Of a DNA stretch of 47,825 bases, positions 10,129 through 19,865 are shown piece by piece (position 1 is the stretch's first letter; every line of letters starts with the position of its first letter). This DNA comes from an uncultured Halobacteriales archaeon (lineage in GTDB: Archaea > Halobacteriota > Halobacteria > Halobacteriales > Haloarculaceae), in contig CAZOQK010000001.1 in the NCBI GenBank assembly GCA_964581735.1, forward strand, positions 1 through 47,825. The letters are read 5' to 3'. The translations under genes and the position numbers were made by a program. The notes beneath the pieces are model-generated. The model had not been told where the DNA came from, searched no databases, and worked only from the letters and a program-made list of their open reading frames with translations.

Positions 10129-11415
10129 ATGCGAGACAGCAACGAGTCCCTCGACCGCGAGGAGCTGCGCGAACTACAGGGTGAACGCCTCCGGGAGACG
10201 GTCGAACACGCCTACGAGGATGTCCTGTTCTACCGCGAGCAACTCGACGAGCTAAGCGTCTCCCCGGCGGACATCGAGAGCATCGACGACATCACGAAGC
10301 TGCCGATGACAACGAAAGAGGACTTCCGCGACGAGTACCCAGACGGCCTCTTCGCCGTCGACGACGCCAATATCAGCCGGATTCACGCCTCTTCGGGGAC
10401 GACCGGCAAGCCCAAAATCGTCTCCTACACCGAGGAAGACCTCGACCTGTGGGGGGAGACGATGGCACGCTCGCTGGCCGCGGCGGGGGTCGACTCCTCG
10501 GATGTCGTCCAGAACGCCTACGGCTACGGCCTCTTTACCGGCGGGCTCGGATTCCATCAGGGGGCCGAGGAACTGGGCACCGCCGTCGTGCCGACCAGCA
10601 GCGGCGGTACCCAGCGCCAGGTCGAACTCGCGCGGGACCTCGGCAGCGACGTGCTCGCCTGTACACCGTCCTACGCCCTCTATTTCGCCGAGACGGCCGA
10701 GGAGATGGGCTACGACCCACGCGAACTGCCGATTTCGGTTATCGGCTACGGTGCCGAGACCTGTACCGAACCGATGCGCGAGGAAATCGAGGAGCGCCTC
10801 GGCGCGACCGGTATCAACAACTACGGCCTCTCGGAGATCATCGGCCCCGGCGTCGCCGCCGAATGTCATGAGGCACAGGACGGCCTGCACATCTGGGAGG
10901 ACCACTACTACCCGGAAATCGTCGACCCGCGAACGGGCGAACCGGTCGCGGAGGGCGAGGAGGGGGAACTCGTTCTCACGACGCTGACGAAGGACGCACT
11001 GCCCGTTCTGCGGTATCGCACCGGCGATTTGACCACGCTCGATTACGAGACCTGCGAGTGTGGTCGAACGATGGTCCGTATGGGGAACATCACCGGCCGA
11101 GCCGACGACCTGCTGGTGGTGCGTGGCGTGAACCTCTACCCCAGCGAAATCGAGCACACCGTTGTCGACATCGAGGGCGTCGCACCCCACTACCGCATCG
11201 ACCTCCGCCGAGAGGGCAGCCTCGACGCGATGGAGCTGACCATCGAGCGCGCCGAGGATGCCGACCGGAGCGACAGGGCGCTTCGCGAGGACATCCTGAC
11301 GCGACTGGAGAACGTGCTGTCGTTCCGGCCGGACGAGCTGGCGCTGGTCGAACCCGGCGGCATCGGGCGGACCGAGGTTGGGAAGGTCCAGCGCGTCTAC
11401 GACCACCGCGGGTAA
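10129..11415 (+). CDS. paaK: Phenylacetate--CoA ligase
   Basis: RIHASSGTTGKP, YGYGLFTGGLG, YGLSEIIGPGVA, RYRTGD, GRADD...RGVN. Confidence 0.9.
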   Translation: MRDSNESLDREELRELQGERLRETVEHAYEDVLFYREQLDELSVSPADIESIDDITKLPMTTKEDFRDEYPDGLFAVDDANISRIHASSGTTGKPKIVSYTEEDLDLWGETMARSLAAAGVDSSDVVQNAYGYGLFTGGLGFHQGAEELGTAVVPTSSGGTQRQVELARDLGSDVLACTPSYALYFAETAEEMGYDPRELPISVIGYGAETCTEPMREEIEERLGATGINNYGLSEIIGPGVAAECHEAQDGLHIWEDHYYPEIVDPRTGEPVAEGEEGELVLTTLTKDALPVLRYRTGDLTTLDYETCECGRTMVRMGNITGRADDLLVVRGVNLYPSEIEHTVVDIEGVAPHYRIDLRREGSLDAMELTIERAEDADRSDRALREDILTRLENVLSFRPDELALVEPGGIGRTEVGKVQRVYDHRG

Positions 11416-11490
11416 TCGCGGGCGAGAACCCGTAGCGAGCCCGGTACCAGCAACGTTTATGAGTCGGGCTGGAAAAGTGGGAAGACGAGT

Positions 11491-11874
11491 ATGGACATCG
11501 AAGCGTTTTTCGAGAACATGCCGTTTGCGGACCTGCTGGGTATCGAACTGACCGACATCGGGGACGGCCACGCCGGGGGCCACATTGAGATGCGCGAGGA
11601 CCTCTCCTGGAACGAGGACGAGGTGATGGCCCATGGCGGCGTCACGTTCACGCTGGCCGACACCGTCGGCGGGGCCGCGCTTGTCTCGAAAGTCGACCAG
11701 CCGGTCCCGACTATCGACATGCGCATCGACTACCTCGAAGCCGGCACGGGCGATCTCCGTGCCGAGGCGGATGTCCGTCGACTGGGTGGGGATGTCGGAG
11801 TGGTCGACGTGGATGTCTACGCCCAGGACGGGGCACAGGTCGCCAACGCCCGCGGCGTCTACAAGACCGGGTAA
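11491..11874 (+). CDS. PaaI family thioesterase
   Basis: HGGVTFTLAD and TIDMRIDYL; directly follows paaK. Confidence 0.88.
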   Translation: MDIEAFFENMPFADLLGIELTDIGDGHAGGHIEMREDLSWNEDEVMAHGGVTFTLADTVGGAALVSKVDQPVPTIDMRIDYLEAGTGDLRAEADVRRLGGDVGVVDVDVYAQDGAQVANARGVYKTG

Positions 11875-11981
11875 CCTGACAACCCAGGCAGTGACTGCCA
11901 GCTCGCGATGTCTCGTGGCAGGTGTCGCCACAATTAAGTGAGTGACATTCGCTTGTTGTGTCATACTCTGGAGCATCATCG

Positions 11982-13289
11982 ATGACGGTTACAATCAACC
12001 CGGAATCCGCGACGAGTGACGAAGCCAGTGCTGCAAGCTTCTGGAAACAGGCGTTCACGACGTTGGTCGAGCAATACCCCGAACCGGTGTTCGTTATCGA
12101 CGACGACGGAAGGATAACGAGTTGGAACGACAAGATCGCCGACCTGCTCGGCTACGAACCGTCGGAGGTCATCGGCGAGAACGCCTACGAAGTGTTCGGA
12201 ACGGAAGGGGAAGACGAGACGCTGGCAGAGGAGGTGCTCAGGGAGGGCAAAGCCATCCGTGAGACGGATATCCGGACGGCGACAGACGCCAACGGTGACG
12301 CGTTTTACTCCCGGGCGCTGGCGGTCCCGGTCCAGGATAGCCAGGACAACGTCGTCGCCGTCGTCGAAGTCATCTCCTCGGTGACTGGACTCATCGAGAC
12401 CCAGCGGAAGATGGAGGAACTCCAGCGGGAGGTGTCGGAGAACGTCGAGACGAAAGTGACCGAACTGCGGGACCTCTCTGAGCGCACCGAACAGAAAATC
12501 AGGGACGCGACATCGCTGTCGGCCGACCAAGCCGCACAGCTCGAATCGTTCCGGGACGAGGTCAACACCTTCGCCGCCACCGTCGAGGAAATCGCATCGA
12601 GTGCCGACGGGGTCAACCGGCGAGTCGAGAGCGCTGCGACGCTCGCAGACGAGTCCCGCGACGCCGCTGAATCCGCCGAACGAGCCATCGAGAACGTCTC
12701 CGAGGCGGGCGAGCGGGTCGCCAAGAACGGCCACGAACTCCAGGAACGGACGGAGGAACTGGGACAGATCGTGACCGTCGTGCAGGACATCGCCGAGCAG
12801 ACCAACATGCTTGCGCTGAACGCCAACATCGAGGCCGCCCGTGCGGGCGAGAAGGGCGAGGGCTTCGCCGTCGTCGCCGAGGAAGTCAAGAGCCTGGCCG
12901 AACGCTCCCAGGAGGAAGTCGCGGAAATCGAGCGTATCGCGGAGGGAATCCGCGCGAACATCGACGACACGCTCGCGAGCGTCGAGGAGACAAACGACGA
13001 AGTCGCGGAGGCGATGGACGCGGTCGACCACCTCATCGAGAACCAGGACGAAATCGCCGACACCGTCCGGGAAGTCGCCGACTCGATGGACGAGACGACC
13101 GAGGCGACCGAAGACCAGGCCGCAACGGCCGAGGAAATCAGCGCGCTCATCGATGAGGCGGTCGAGCGGATGGGCCGAATCAGCGGTGAGATGGAGAACG
13201 TTTCATCACACAGCGAGCAACAGGCGGAGCTCGCCCGCGAGATGTTCGATATAGTCGAACGGCTCGAAGCCGACATCGACGCGAGCTGA
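11982..13289 (+). CDS. Soluble PAS-domain methyl-accepting chemotaxis transducer (alternative start 11958)
   Basis: PAS ([15 protein letters not shown]...LLGY...VIG) plus signalling hairpin [35 protein letters not shown]; no hydrophobic TM segment. Confidence 0.92.
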   Translation: MTVTINPESATSDEASAASFWKQAFTTLVEQYPEPVFVIDDDGRITSWNDKIADLLGYEPSEVIGENAYEVFGTEGEDETLAEEVLREGKAIRETDIRTATDANGDAFYSRALAVPVQDSQDNVVAVVEVISSVTGLIETQRKMEELQREVSENVETKVTELRDLSERTEQKIRDATSLSADQAAQLESFRDEVNTFAATVEEIASSADGVNRRVESAATLADESRDAAESAERAIENVSEAGERVAKNGHELQERTEELGQIVTVVQDIAEQTNMLALNANIEAARAGEKGEGFAVVAEEVKSLAERSQEEVAEIERIAEGIRANIDDTLASVEETNDEVAEAMDAVDHLIENQDEIADTVREVADSMDETTEATEDQAATAEEISALIDEAVERMGRISGEMENVSSHSEQQAELAREMFDIVERLEADIDAS

Positions 13290-13408
13290 CCGAGAAACCG
13301 TCACTTTCAGCTGCTTTTCGACCGATTCATGGGATTACTCAAACTATTCGAATTACATTGCGAGTATTGCCCAAACATTTACCACATGTCAGGACTGCAT
13401 GGGAATGT

Positions 13409-16261
13409 ATGCCTGACAATGACCAACGTAGCTGGCAAGACGTGTCACGACGTGACGTTCTCAAGGCAGGAACAGCGGTCGCCGGTGCTGCCGGCATCAG
13501 TGCTGTCGCACAGACGGAACTCGCGTACGCACAGAGTGGCGAGGAGGGGCCCACAGTCACAATCAAGCGTGACGAGTACGGCGTGCCACACATCTACGCA
13601 CGGGAGGCCGACAGTCGTGCCCCCGTGTTCTACGGGTATGGCTACGCGACGGCAGAGGACCGCCTTTATCAGTTAGAGCTGTACAAGCGGTACTACCACG
13701 GCACCGTCGCCGAAGCCATCGGTGCCGGCGAGGGTAACGCCGACTGGGTGGCCTTCGACCAGGCGGCCCGGCGCAACACGGCCGGCGAGCCGTCGCTGGA
13801 CGAGCAAGCACGGGAGCAACTCACCAGCGACCAGCGGGAGGTACTCCAGGCCTTTACCGACGGTATCAACCGGTACATCCGCGAAGTGCGAAACAGCGAC
13901 GAGATGGAGTTCCACCAGGCGTTCCAGGAAAACGACTTCGAACCTGAGGAGTTCTCGACCGAGGACGCCGCCGGGATGTTCGTCGGCAGTATGGCCTATT
14001 TCAGCGGGTTCCAGCTGGAGACGTTGAGCGCCACTGCCGTCGACATTCTCACGAGGAAGACCGGCGACGAACAGCAGGCGATGGAACTGCTCGAGGACCT
14101 CAACTGGGGGAACGACCCCGGCGCGCCCACGTCGACGGCCCAGTCCGGCGATGGCTACACGCCGCCCTACACCGAGGTCGGCCGCGACGATCTCACTCCG
14201 TCGGGGAGTTCAACTGAGAGCAGTACCACCGGTTACGCGAACGCCTCACGCGGTGCGACCGGCGAGACCAACACACCGAGCAACCGCATCACGGGCGGGG
14301 ACTTCTCCATCCCTGACGACCCAGAGGCCGTCCATGAGTCCGAGATGGAGCGGGTTCGGACGCTCGCGACCGGCCTGAACGAACTGGGCCTGCCCATCAA
14401 GTACGGCTCGAACGCGCTGGCAGTGCAGGGTGACATCAGCGACAGCGGCAACGCGCTCATCATGGGCGGCCCGCAGATGGGGTTCAATACGCCTTCTATC
14501 ATGTACGAGGCAGGGCTGCACGGCCCGGATTTCGATATCGCCGGCATCACGGTTACGGGCTACCCATTCATTATGTTCGGGCGCAATCGTAACGGCGCGT
14601 TCACGTCGACGGCGGGCATCGACAACTGCCTCCAGATGTTCAACGAGTCCATCACGGTCAACGAGGACGGCCCGGACACCTACACCTTCCAGGGCGAGGA
14701 GTACGAAATCGAGACCCAGGAGGAGACCATCGAAGTCGCCGACGGCGAGAACGTGACTTACACCGACCGGTTTACCCGCCACGGCGTCGTCACGACCTGG
14801 GACCCCGACAACGAGCAGGCCATCGCCCAGACCAAATCCTACGCCGGGCGACACATGAACTGCTGGCGGGCGTACTACGAACAGCAGTTCGCCGAGGACG
14901 CCGAGGAGTTCGTCGAGGTCTCACAGCGGTGTGACTACGCGCTGAACTTCATGTGGGCGGATAACAACGGCGACATCGCGTACGTCCACCTCGGGCGGTA
15001 CCCCGACGCCGAATCCGTCGAGTTCGACACCCGGCTCCCGGCCGACGGGACCCAGAACGAACTCACTGAGGACGACTACCTCCGGGCGGCCGACGACGAG
15101 GTGCCCTCGGCCATCAACCCCGACCCGGGCTACTCGGCGCAGTGGAACAACAAACCGGCCCCCGAATGGAACAACGGCGACCTCAGCTACTCGTGGTCGA
15201 CCGACCACCGCGTCCAGCGCATCATCAACATGGTCGAGAACCGCCTGTCCAACACGGGCAGTGTCGGCTACGAGTTCCTCAAGGAGGTCGTCTACGATGT
15301 CTCCTTTACCGACCTGCGCTCCATACGGTACAAGGACCACCTGCTGAGCGCGCTGGAGGGTGCGGACCTCACCGAGACCGAACAGGCCGCGATGGCCGAA
15401 CTCGAATCCTGGGACCACTTCGCCCAGGCCGACGGCGAGGATAACGAGGGCCAGTACCCCGCCGGCTACACCATCTGGAACGAGACGTTCCCGCTCATCC
15501 TGCAGGAAGTGTTCGCCGAGACGTACGGTGACGCGTACGGTCCCGCATCGTACTTCCTGAACTACGACTACGGTCGCGGGACGTTGATGCGCGTGCTCAA
15601 CCCCGACGAGACCACGCTCGATACTGCAGCCGACTACGTCGGCGAGAGTCCCGACGACGAACTCGTCGCAGCGTTCAAATCGGCCGTCTCGTCGCTGGGC
15701 GAGGAATACGACGGCGACCCGTCGACCTGGCGTGGCGACGCCTCGCTGCACAACTTCAACAACCTCGCGCTGTTCGGGATGCCAATCGGGGTCACCTCCG
15801 CAGGTAGTACCGCACGGATGAACCGCGGGACGGAGAACCACTTCGTTCGCATGAGCGACGACCCGACCGCCGAGAACATCCTGCCGCCGGGCAACAACGG
15901 CTACGTGGCACCGGACGGGTCGACCGGCCCCCACTACGACGACCAGCTCTCGATGTTCGAGAGCTTCGAGTACAAGGACCTGCTCTTTGACGACGACGAA
16001 GTCGACGCCGCCACTGAGTCAACACAGGAAATCGCCCGCCAGCCCGACCCCGGGACGCCGGAGAACACGGCCGCTCCTGACGAGTCGACGCCGACACCCG
16101 ACGAGTCGACGCCGACGCCGGAGCCCTCGACCCCGGCTCCGGGGGACGACACGACGACCACTGCCGGCGACAGCGGACCCGGCTTTACTGCACTGAGCGG
16201 CGCGGCCGCCGTGCTCGGGTCGGCACTCGTCTGGCTACACAAACGCGGCGACCAAGAGTGA
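13409..16261 (+). CDS. Penicillin acylase family (S45 Ntn-hydrolase) precursor, Tat-exported, PGF-CTERM anchored
   Basis: SRRDVLK Tat motif; RDEYGVPHIY, AEDRLYQLE; beta-chain start GSNALAV (Ser codon 14408), GPQMG, QWNNKP; Pro/Thr linker, PGF (16178-16186), TM helix, basic tail. Confidence 0.92.
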   Translation: MPDNDQRSWQDVSRRDVLKAGTAVAGAAGISAVAQTELAYAQSGEEGPTVTIKRDEYGVPHIYAREADSRAPVFYGYGYATAEDRLYQLELYKRYYHGTVAEAIGAGEGNADWVAFDQAARRNTAGEPSLDEQAREQLTSDQREVLQAFTDGINRYIREVRNSDEMEFHQAFQENDFEPEEFSTEDAAGMFVGSMAYFSGFQLETLSATAVDILTRKTGDEQQAMELLEDLNWGNDPGAPTSTAQSGDGYTPPYTEVGRDDLTPSGSSTESSTTGYANASRGATGETNTPSNRITGGDFSIPDDPEAVHESEMERVRTLATGLNELGLPIKYGSNALAVQGDISDSGNALIMGGPQMGFNTPSIMYEAGLHGPDFDIAGITVTGYPFIMFGRNRNGAFTSTAGIDNCLQMFNESITVNEDGPDTYTFQGEEYEIETQEETIEVADGENVTYTDRFTRHGVVTTWDPDNEQAIAQTKSYAGRHMNCWRAYYEQQFAEDAEEFVEVSQRCDYALNFMWADNNGDIAYVHLGRYPDAESVEFDTRLPADGTQNELTEDDYLRAADDEVPSAINPDPGYSAQWNNKPAPEWNNGDLSYSWSTDHRVQRIINMVENRLSNTGSVGYEFLKEVVYDVSFTDLRSIRYKDHLLSALEGADLTETEQAAMAELESWDHFAQADGEDNEGQYPAGYTIWNETFPLILQEVFAETYGDAYGPASYFLNYDYGRGTLMRVLNPDETTLDTAADYVGESPDDELVAAFKSAVSSLGEEYDGDPSTWRGDASLHNFNNLALFGMPIGVTSAGSTARMNRGTENHFVRMSDDPTAENILPPGNNGYVAPDGSTGPHYDDQLSMFESFEYKDLLFDDDEVDAATESTQEIARQPDPGTPENTAAPDESTPTPDESTPTPEPSTPAPGDDTTTTAGDSGPGFTALSGAAAVLGSALVWLHKRGDQE
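16076..16138 (+). repeat. Coding 21-bp tandem repeat, about 3 copies (PDESTPT-PDESTPT-PEPSTPA linker)
   Basis: CCTGACGAGTCGACGCCGACA / CCCGACGAGTCGACGCCGACG / degenerate third copy. Confidence 0.85.
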
Positions 16262-16262
16262 G

Positions 16263-16439
16263 CTAACTGCCAAGCGAGCCTTCTATTTCGTCGTCTCCGA
16301 GCAGGTCCACCAGCGCCTGCTCGCCGTCCTGGTAGGACTGCCACTCACTCTCGGAGAGGTGGTCGCGGATTTCGGTTTCGCCGAGCTTCGATTCGAGCAT
16401 GTCGTCGACATCGTTGGGGTCGTAGCCTGGGACTGGCAT
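16263..16439 (-). CDS. Small acidic protein, 58 aa, not in ORF track
   Basis: MPVPGYDPNDVDDMLESKLGETEIRDHLSESEWQSYQDGEQALVDLLGDDEIEGSLGS; minus-strand TTAT box about 27 nt upstream; adjacent paralog. Confidence 0.75.
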   Translation of the reverse strand: MPVPGYDPNDVDDMLESKLGETEIRDHLSESEWQSYQDGEQALVDLLGDDEIEGSLGS

Positions 16440-16603
16440 ACGCGAAAGAACTCACTCGTCTCTCATAAGTATTGGGCCGGTATACCATACCACGCCAGCG
16501 TCAGACCGGCGGGCACGTCGGACCGGGACGTGTAACCGGTCAGGCGACTGTCAGTGAACGGACTCTCTGAGACCGACAACACATGCCCGACTGCACGGGG
16601 CGG

Positions 16604-16807
16604 TCAGTCTTCGGGGTCCATCGCCGAGACCCTCTTCGAAAAGATGCGTTTGATTTCGGCCCCTTCGAGCAAATCGACGAGCGTCTCGTTGCCGTTCCGG
16701 CAGACATCCTACTCGTCGTCGGTGAGATACTCGGGAATCCCGTCCGCGTTGAGGAGTGCTTTAAGCGCCCTGTCCAGGTCGTCGGGGTCGTATCCGTCAG
16801 GTACCAT
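16604..16807 (-). pseudogene. Paralog of the 58-aa protein with an in-frame TAG at codon 33
   Basis: MVPDGYDPDDLDRALKALLNADGIPEYLTDDE*DVCRNGNETLVDLLEGAEIKRIFSKRVSAMDPED; the stop (16709-16711) aligns with Trp33 of the paralog. Confidence 0.72.
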
Positions 16808-16901
16808 ACGCGGGTAGACGGCGCCCGTCGGCACAACTGTGGTGTGCGATCACACACGTGGCGCGGCGACAGCGGGGCGGCCGCTGGCCGGCAGTGTGCG
16901 T

Positions 16902-17492
16902 TCACTCCTGGGTCTGGGAATACTTCTCAACCCATTCATCGAGCGTGATTCCCATCGCGGACTGGGTAATCGCGTTCGAGGACGCGGAATTGGCACTTTT
17001 CACGAGTTCCGCTTCGATGGTTCTGGTGGGAATCTCGCCGATAAAGTGGGGGATGGCACGCTGGACTGCCAGCGGACACCCCACCTCGTGTGCAAGCGCG
17101 TAGCCAGACAGCGAGTGCGGGATTTCCTCGGTGGCGTACTCGGGGTCGGGTTCGATGAGTGTCTCCTCGTTGACGAAGTCGACGTACTCGTAGCACTTGC
17201 CCACGTCGTGGAGGAGACAGGCCGCGACGACGACATCCATGTCGGGGTCGGCACCGTGGAACTCACGCTGTTCGGTGGCGGCATCACGGGCAATGCGTGT
17301 GACCCCGCGGACGTGTTCGACGTTTGATATTTCGTGAATGTTCCAGGCGTAGGGGATGTCGGCGATGTCGCGCCAGCCGCCCCGGTCGAGTCCGAGCGTC
17401 CACGCCTCGATGACTTTCTCGCGCAAGTCCTCGCTCTCGATGGTCTCGAGTTCGGGAAAGGCCTCCCGGACCTGACTGTCGTAGTCGGGCAT
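16902..17492 (-). CDS. HD-domain metal-dependent phosphohydrolase-like protein
   Basis: EHVRGV...CLLHDVGK...HSLSG. Confidence 0.85.
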   Translation of the reverse strand: MPDYDSQVREAFPELETIESEDLREKVIEAWTLGLDRGGWRDIADIPYAWNIHEISNVEHVRGVTRIARDAATEQREFHGADPDMDVVVAACLLHDVGKCYEYVDFVNEETLIEPDPEYATEEIPHSLSGYALAHEVGCPLAVQRAIPHFIGEIPTRTIEAELVKSANSASSNAITQSAMGITLDEWVEKYSQTQE

Positions 17493-17495
17493 GGG

Positions 17496-18212
17496 TCAGT
17501 CCCGCCGTTTGACGAGTTGTTCCTGTCCGATAAAGCGGGGCCGTTCGTCGATGGCAAGGAAGTTGTCCACGTCCTCGCGGGCCTCCTTGGCTTTCCCGCC
17601 GGGGGCGTCGTAGTCCCGGGACCCTTCACTGCCGAGCGCCCGGTAGAGCTTGTCGAGGTCCTCGAAGTAGAGTTCGGCGACGCCGTCGAACTCGGCGTGT
17701 TCGGGGTCTGCGGGGATGACCTGATTGTACTTGACGACCCCCTCGATTTCGCGGGCGATGGGCGTGTGGTTGTTCTGCCAGTGGTCCATGAACTCCTCGT
17801 GGGTCATACCCTCCTGGCGGACGAGGAAGGCGGAGTGTTTGTAGAGGCCGTCGGTGTCGCCGTCAACCTCGTCTTTGAGGACGCGTTCTTCGCCGATGAT
17901 GCGTGGGCGCTCGTTGACGGCGAGGAAGTTGTCGACATCCTCGCGGGCCTCGGCGGCGACCTCCTTTGTCGGGTCGTAGTCCCGCGACCCGGGGCTGCCG
18001 AGTGCTTCGTGCAGGTCCTCAAGCGTCTCGAAGTAGAGTTCGGCGATGCCGTCGAACTCGGCGTGTTCGGCGTCTGTCGGGAGGACCTGGTGATAGCGGA
18101 CGACGCCTTCGATGTTCTTCGCGATGGGGGTGTGGTTTGTCTGCCAGTAGTCGACGAACTCCTCGTGGGACAGCCCATCCTGTCTGACAAGTAGGGCTAC
18201 GTGTTTGTACAT
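17496..18212 (-). CDS. Tandem EthD-domain protein
   Basis: Two near-identical halves YKHxAxLVRQxG...EEFxDxWQxNHTPIA...FDGxAELYF; starts at ATG 18212; 3 nt from the HD gene. Confidence 0.88.
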   Translation of the reverse strand: MYKHVALLVRQDGLSHEEFVDYWQTNHTPIAKNIEGVVRYHQVLPTDAEHAEFDGIAELYFETLEDLHEALGSPGSRDYDPTKEVAAEAREDVDNFLAVNERPRIIGEERVLKDEVDGDTDGLYKHSAFLVRQEGMTHEEFMDHWQNNHTPIAREIEGVVKYNQVIPADPEHAEFDGVAELYFEDLDKLYRALGSEGSRDYDAPGGKAKEAREDVDNFLAIDERPRFIGQEQLVKRRD

Positions 18213-18389
18213 CAAGTGTCACTCTCTCGGCGCGAGAAATAAAAGTTCAGGTTGGACCACCCCTACCGACCCGGACGCGCCGCGTCGGGCAGTCTCGCCG
18301 GCGTGGACGGAGCCGCCCGCCGCCGGAACTGGATCCGGTGTGTCCTCAGCAAAACCACTAAGAGCCTCTGCGGAGGAGCTAGACCCGTT

Positions 18390-19751
18390 ATGGAAGCCAC
18401 GAACCCTGCGACGGGTGAGTTGTTGGCGGTCTACGAGGAACACGACGACGGGGATGTCGAGGAGATACTCGCGACGGCCCAGTCGACCTTCGAGGAGTGG
18501 CGGGAGGTGCCGCTCCGGGAACGCGAGGAGCTGCTTGTCAACGCCGGCGAGGTACTGCGGGGGAACAAAGAGAAGTACGCGACGCTGATGACCGAAGAGA
18601 TGGGGAAGCCGATTTCGGAAGCCCGGGGCGAAATCGAGAAATGCGCCTGGGCGTGTGATCATTACGCCGAGTACGCCAGCACGTACCTCTCGGCGGACCA
18701 CCATCCCAGTCCGCCGGGCACCGAGGTGAAGACGGTCTACGACCCGCTGGGGCCCGTCCTGGCGGTGATGCCCTGGAACTACCCGTTCTGGCAGGTGATT
18801 CGGTTTGCCGCCCCCTATCTCACGGCGGGCAACGTCGGGCTGCTCAAGCACGCTTCAAACGTGCCCGGGTGTGCGCTCGCGCTCGAAGAGATTTTTCAAA
18901 AAGCGGGCTACCCCGACGGCGCCTTCCAGACGATGCTCGTCGGGTCGAGCAAAATCGAGGGCGTCCTCGCGGACGACCGTGTGCGGGCGGCCACGCTCAC
19001 GGGGAGTGGCCCCGCGGGCCGGGCCGTCGCCGAAACTGCTGGCCGGAACCTGAAGAAAACCGTGCTGGAACTGGGCGGGTCGGACCCATTCGTTGTGTTG
19101 GACGACGCCGATGTCGACGCCGCAGTGGAGACTGGCATCACGGCGCGCAATCAGAACGGGGGCCAGTCGTGTATCGCCGCCAAACGCTTTATTATCCACA
19201 CGGCAGTGTACGACGAGTTCGTCGAGGCCTTCGTCGACGCGGCCGAGGCGCTGACGGTCGGGGACCCGACCGACGAGAGGACCGACGTGGGGCCCCAGGC
19301 CGACGCCGACCTGCTGGCGGAACTCCACGAGCAGGTCAAGCGGAGTGTCGAGGCCGGCGCGACGGTGCTGGCCGGGGGCGACCCCCTCGACCGCGAGGGA
19401 GCCTTTTACCCGCCGACGGTGCTGACCGACGTGCCGGAGGGCTGTCCCGCCGACGACGAGGAGACGTTCGGCCCCGTCGCAGCCGTCTACGAAGTCGACG
19501 ACGAGGCCGAAGCCATCGCGAAGGCGAACGACACGCGCTTCGGGTTGGGTGCGAGCCTCTGGACCGAGGACCGTGAGCGCGGCCAGCGACTCGCGCGCCG
19601 GGTTGAGGCGGGCTGTGTCTACATCAACGAGATGACGAAATCCGACCCGCGTGTGCCGTTCGGGGGAGTCGGTGACGCGGGGTACGGCCGGGAGCTCTCC
19701 GAGGTGGGTATCAAAGAGTTCGTTAACCGCAAAACTGTCTGGGTCGAGTAA
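18390..19751 (+). CDS. NAD(P)-dependent aldehyde dehydrogenase (succinate-semialdehyde dehydrogenase-like)
   Basis: MPWNYP, LTGS, LELGGSDP, GQSCIA, EETFGP, PFGG; start ATG 18390. Confidence 0.93.
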   Translation: MEATNPATGELLAVYEEHDDGDVEEILATAQSTFEEWREVPLREREELLVNAGEVLRGNKEKYATLMTEEMGKPISEARGEIEKCAWACDHYAEYASTYLSADHHPSPPGTEVKTVYDPLGPVLAVMPWNYPFWQVIRFAAPYLTAGNVGLLKHASNVPGCALALEEIFQKAGYPDGAFQTMLVGSSKIEGVLADDRVRAATLTGSGPAGRAVAETAGRNLKKTVLELGGSDPFVVLDDADVDAAVETGITARNQNGGQSCIAAKRFIIHTAVYDEFVEAFVDAAEALTVGDPTDERTDVGPQADADLLAELHEQVKRSVEAGATVLAGGDPLDREGAFYPPTVLTDVPEGCPADDEETFGPVAAVYEVDDEAEAIAKANDTRFGLGASLWTEDRERGQRLARRVEAGCVYINEMTKSDPRVPFGGVGDAGYGRELSEVGIKEFVNRKTVWVE

Positions 19752-19865
19752 TCGGCCGATGCCGGCGCCTGCTGTGAGCGTCACGGCGGAATTCGGCGTC
19801 GGCCGGGTCTACTGAGAGCCTGCCACACAGAAGGTTTTAATAGGATTTAGGCGGGAATCAACGGT

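Noticed and set aside
16709..16711. Pyrrolysine read-through of the amber codon
   Set aside because: No pyl genes in the window, not expected in Halobacteria, and a single TGG-to-TAG change explains it
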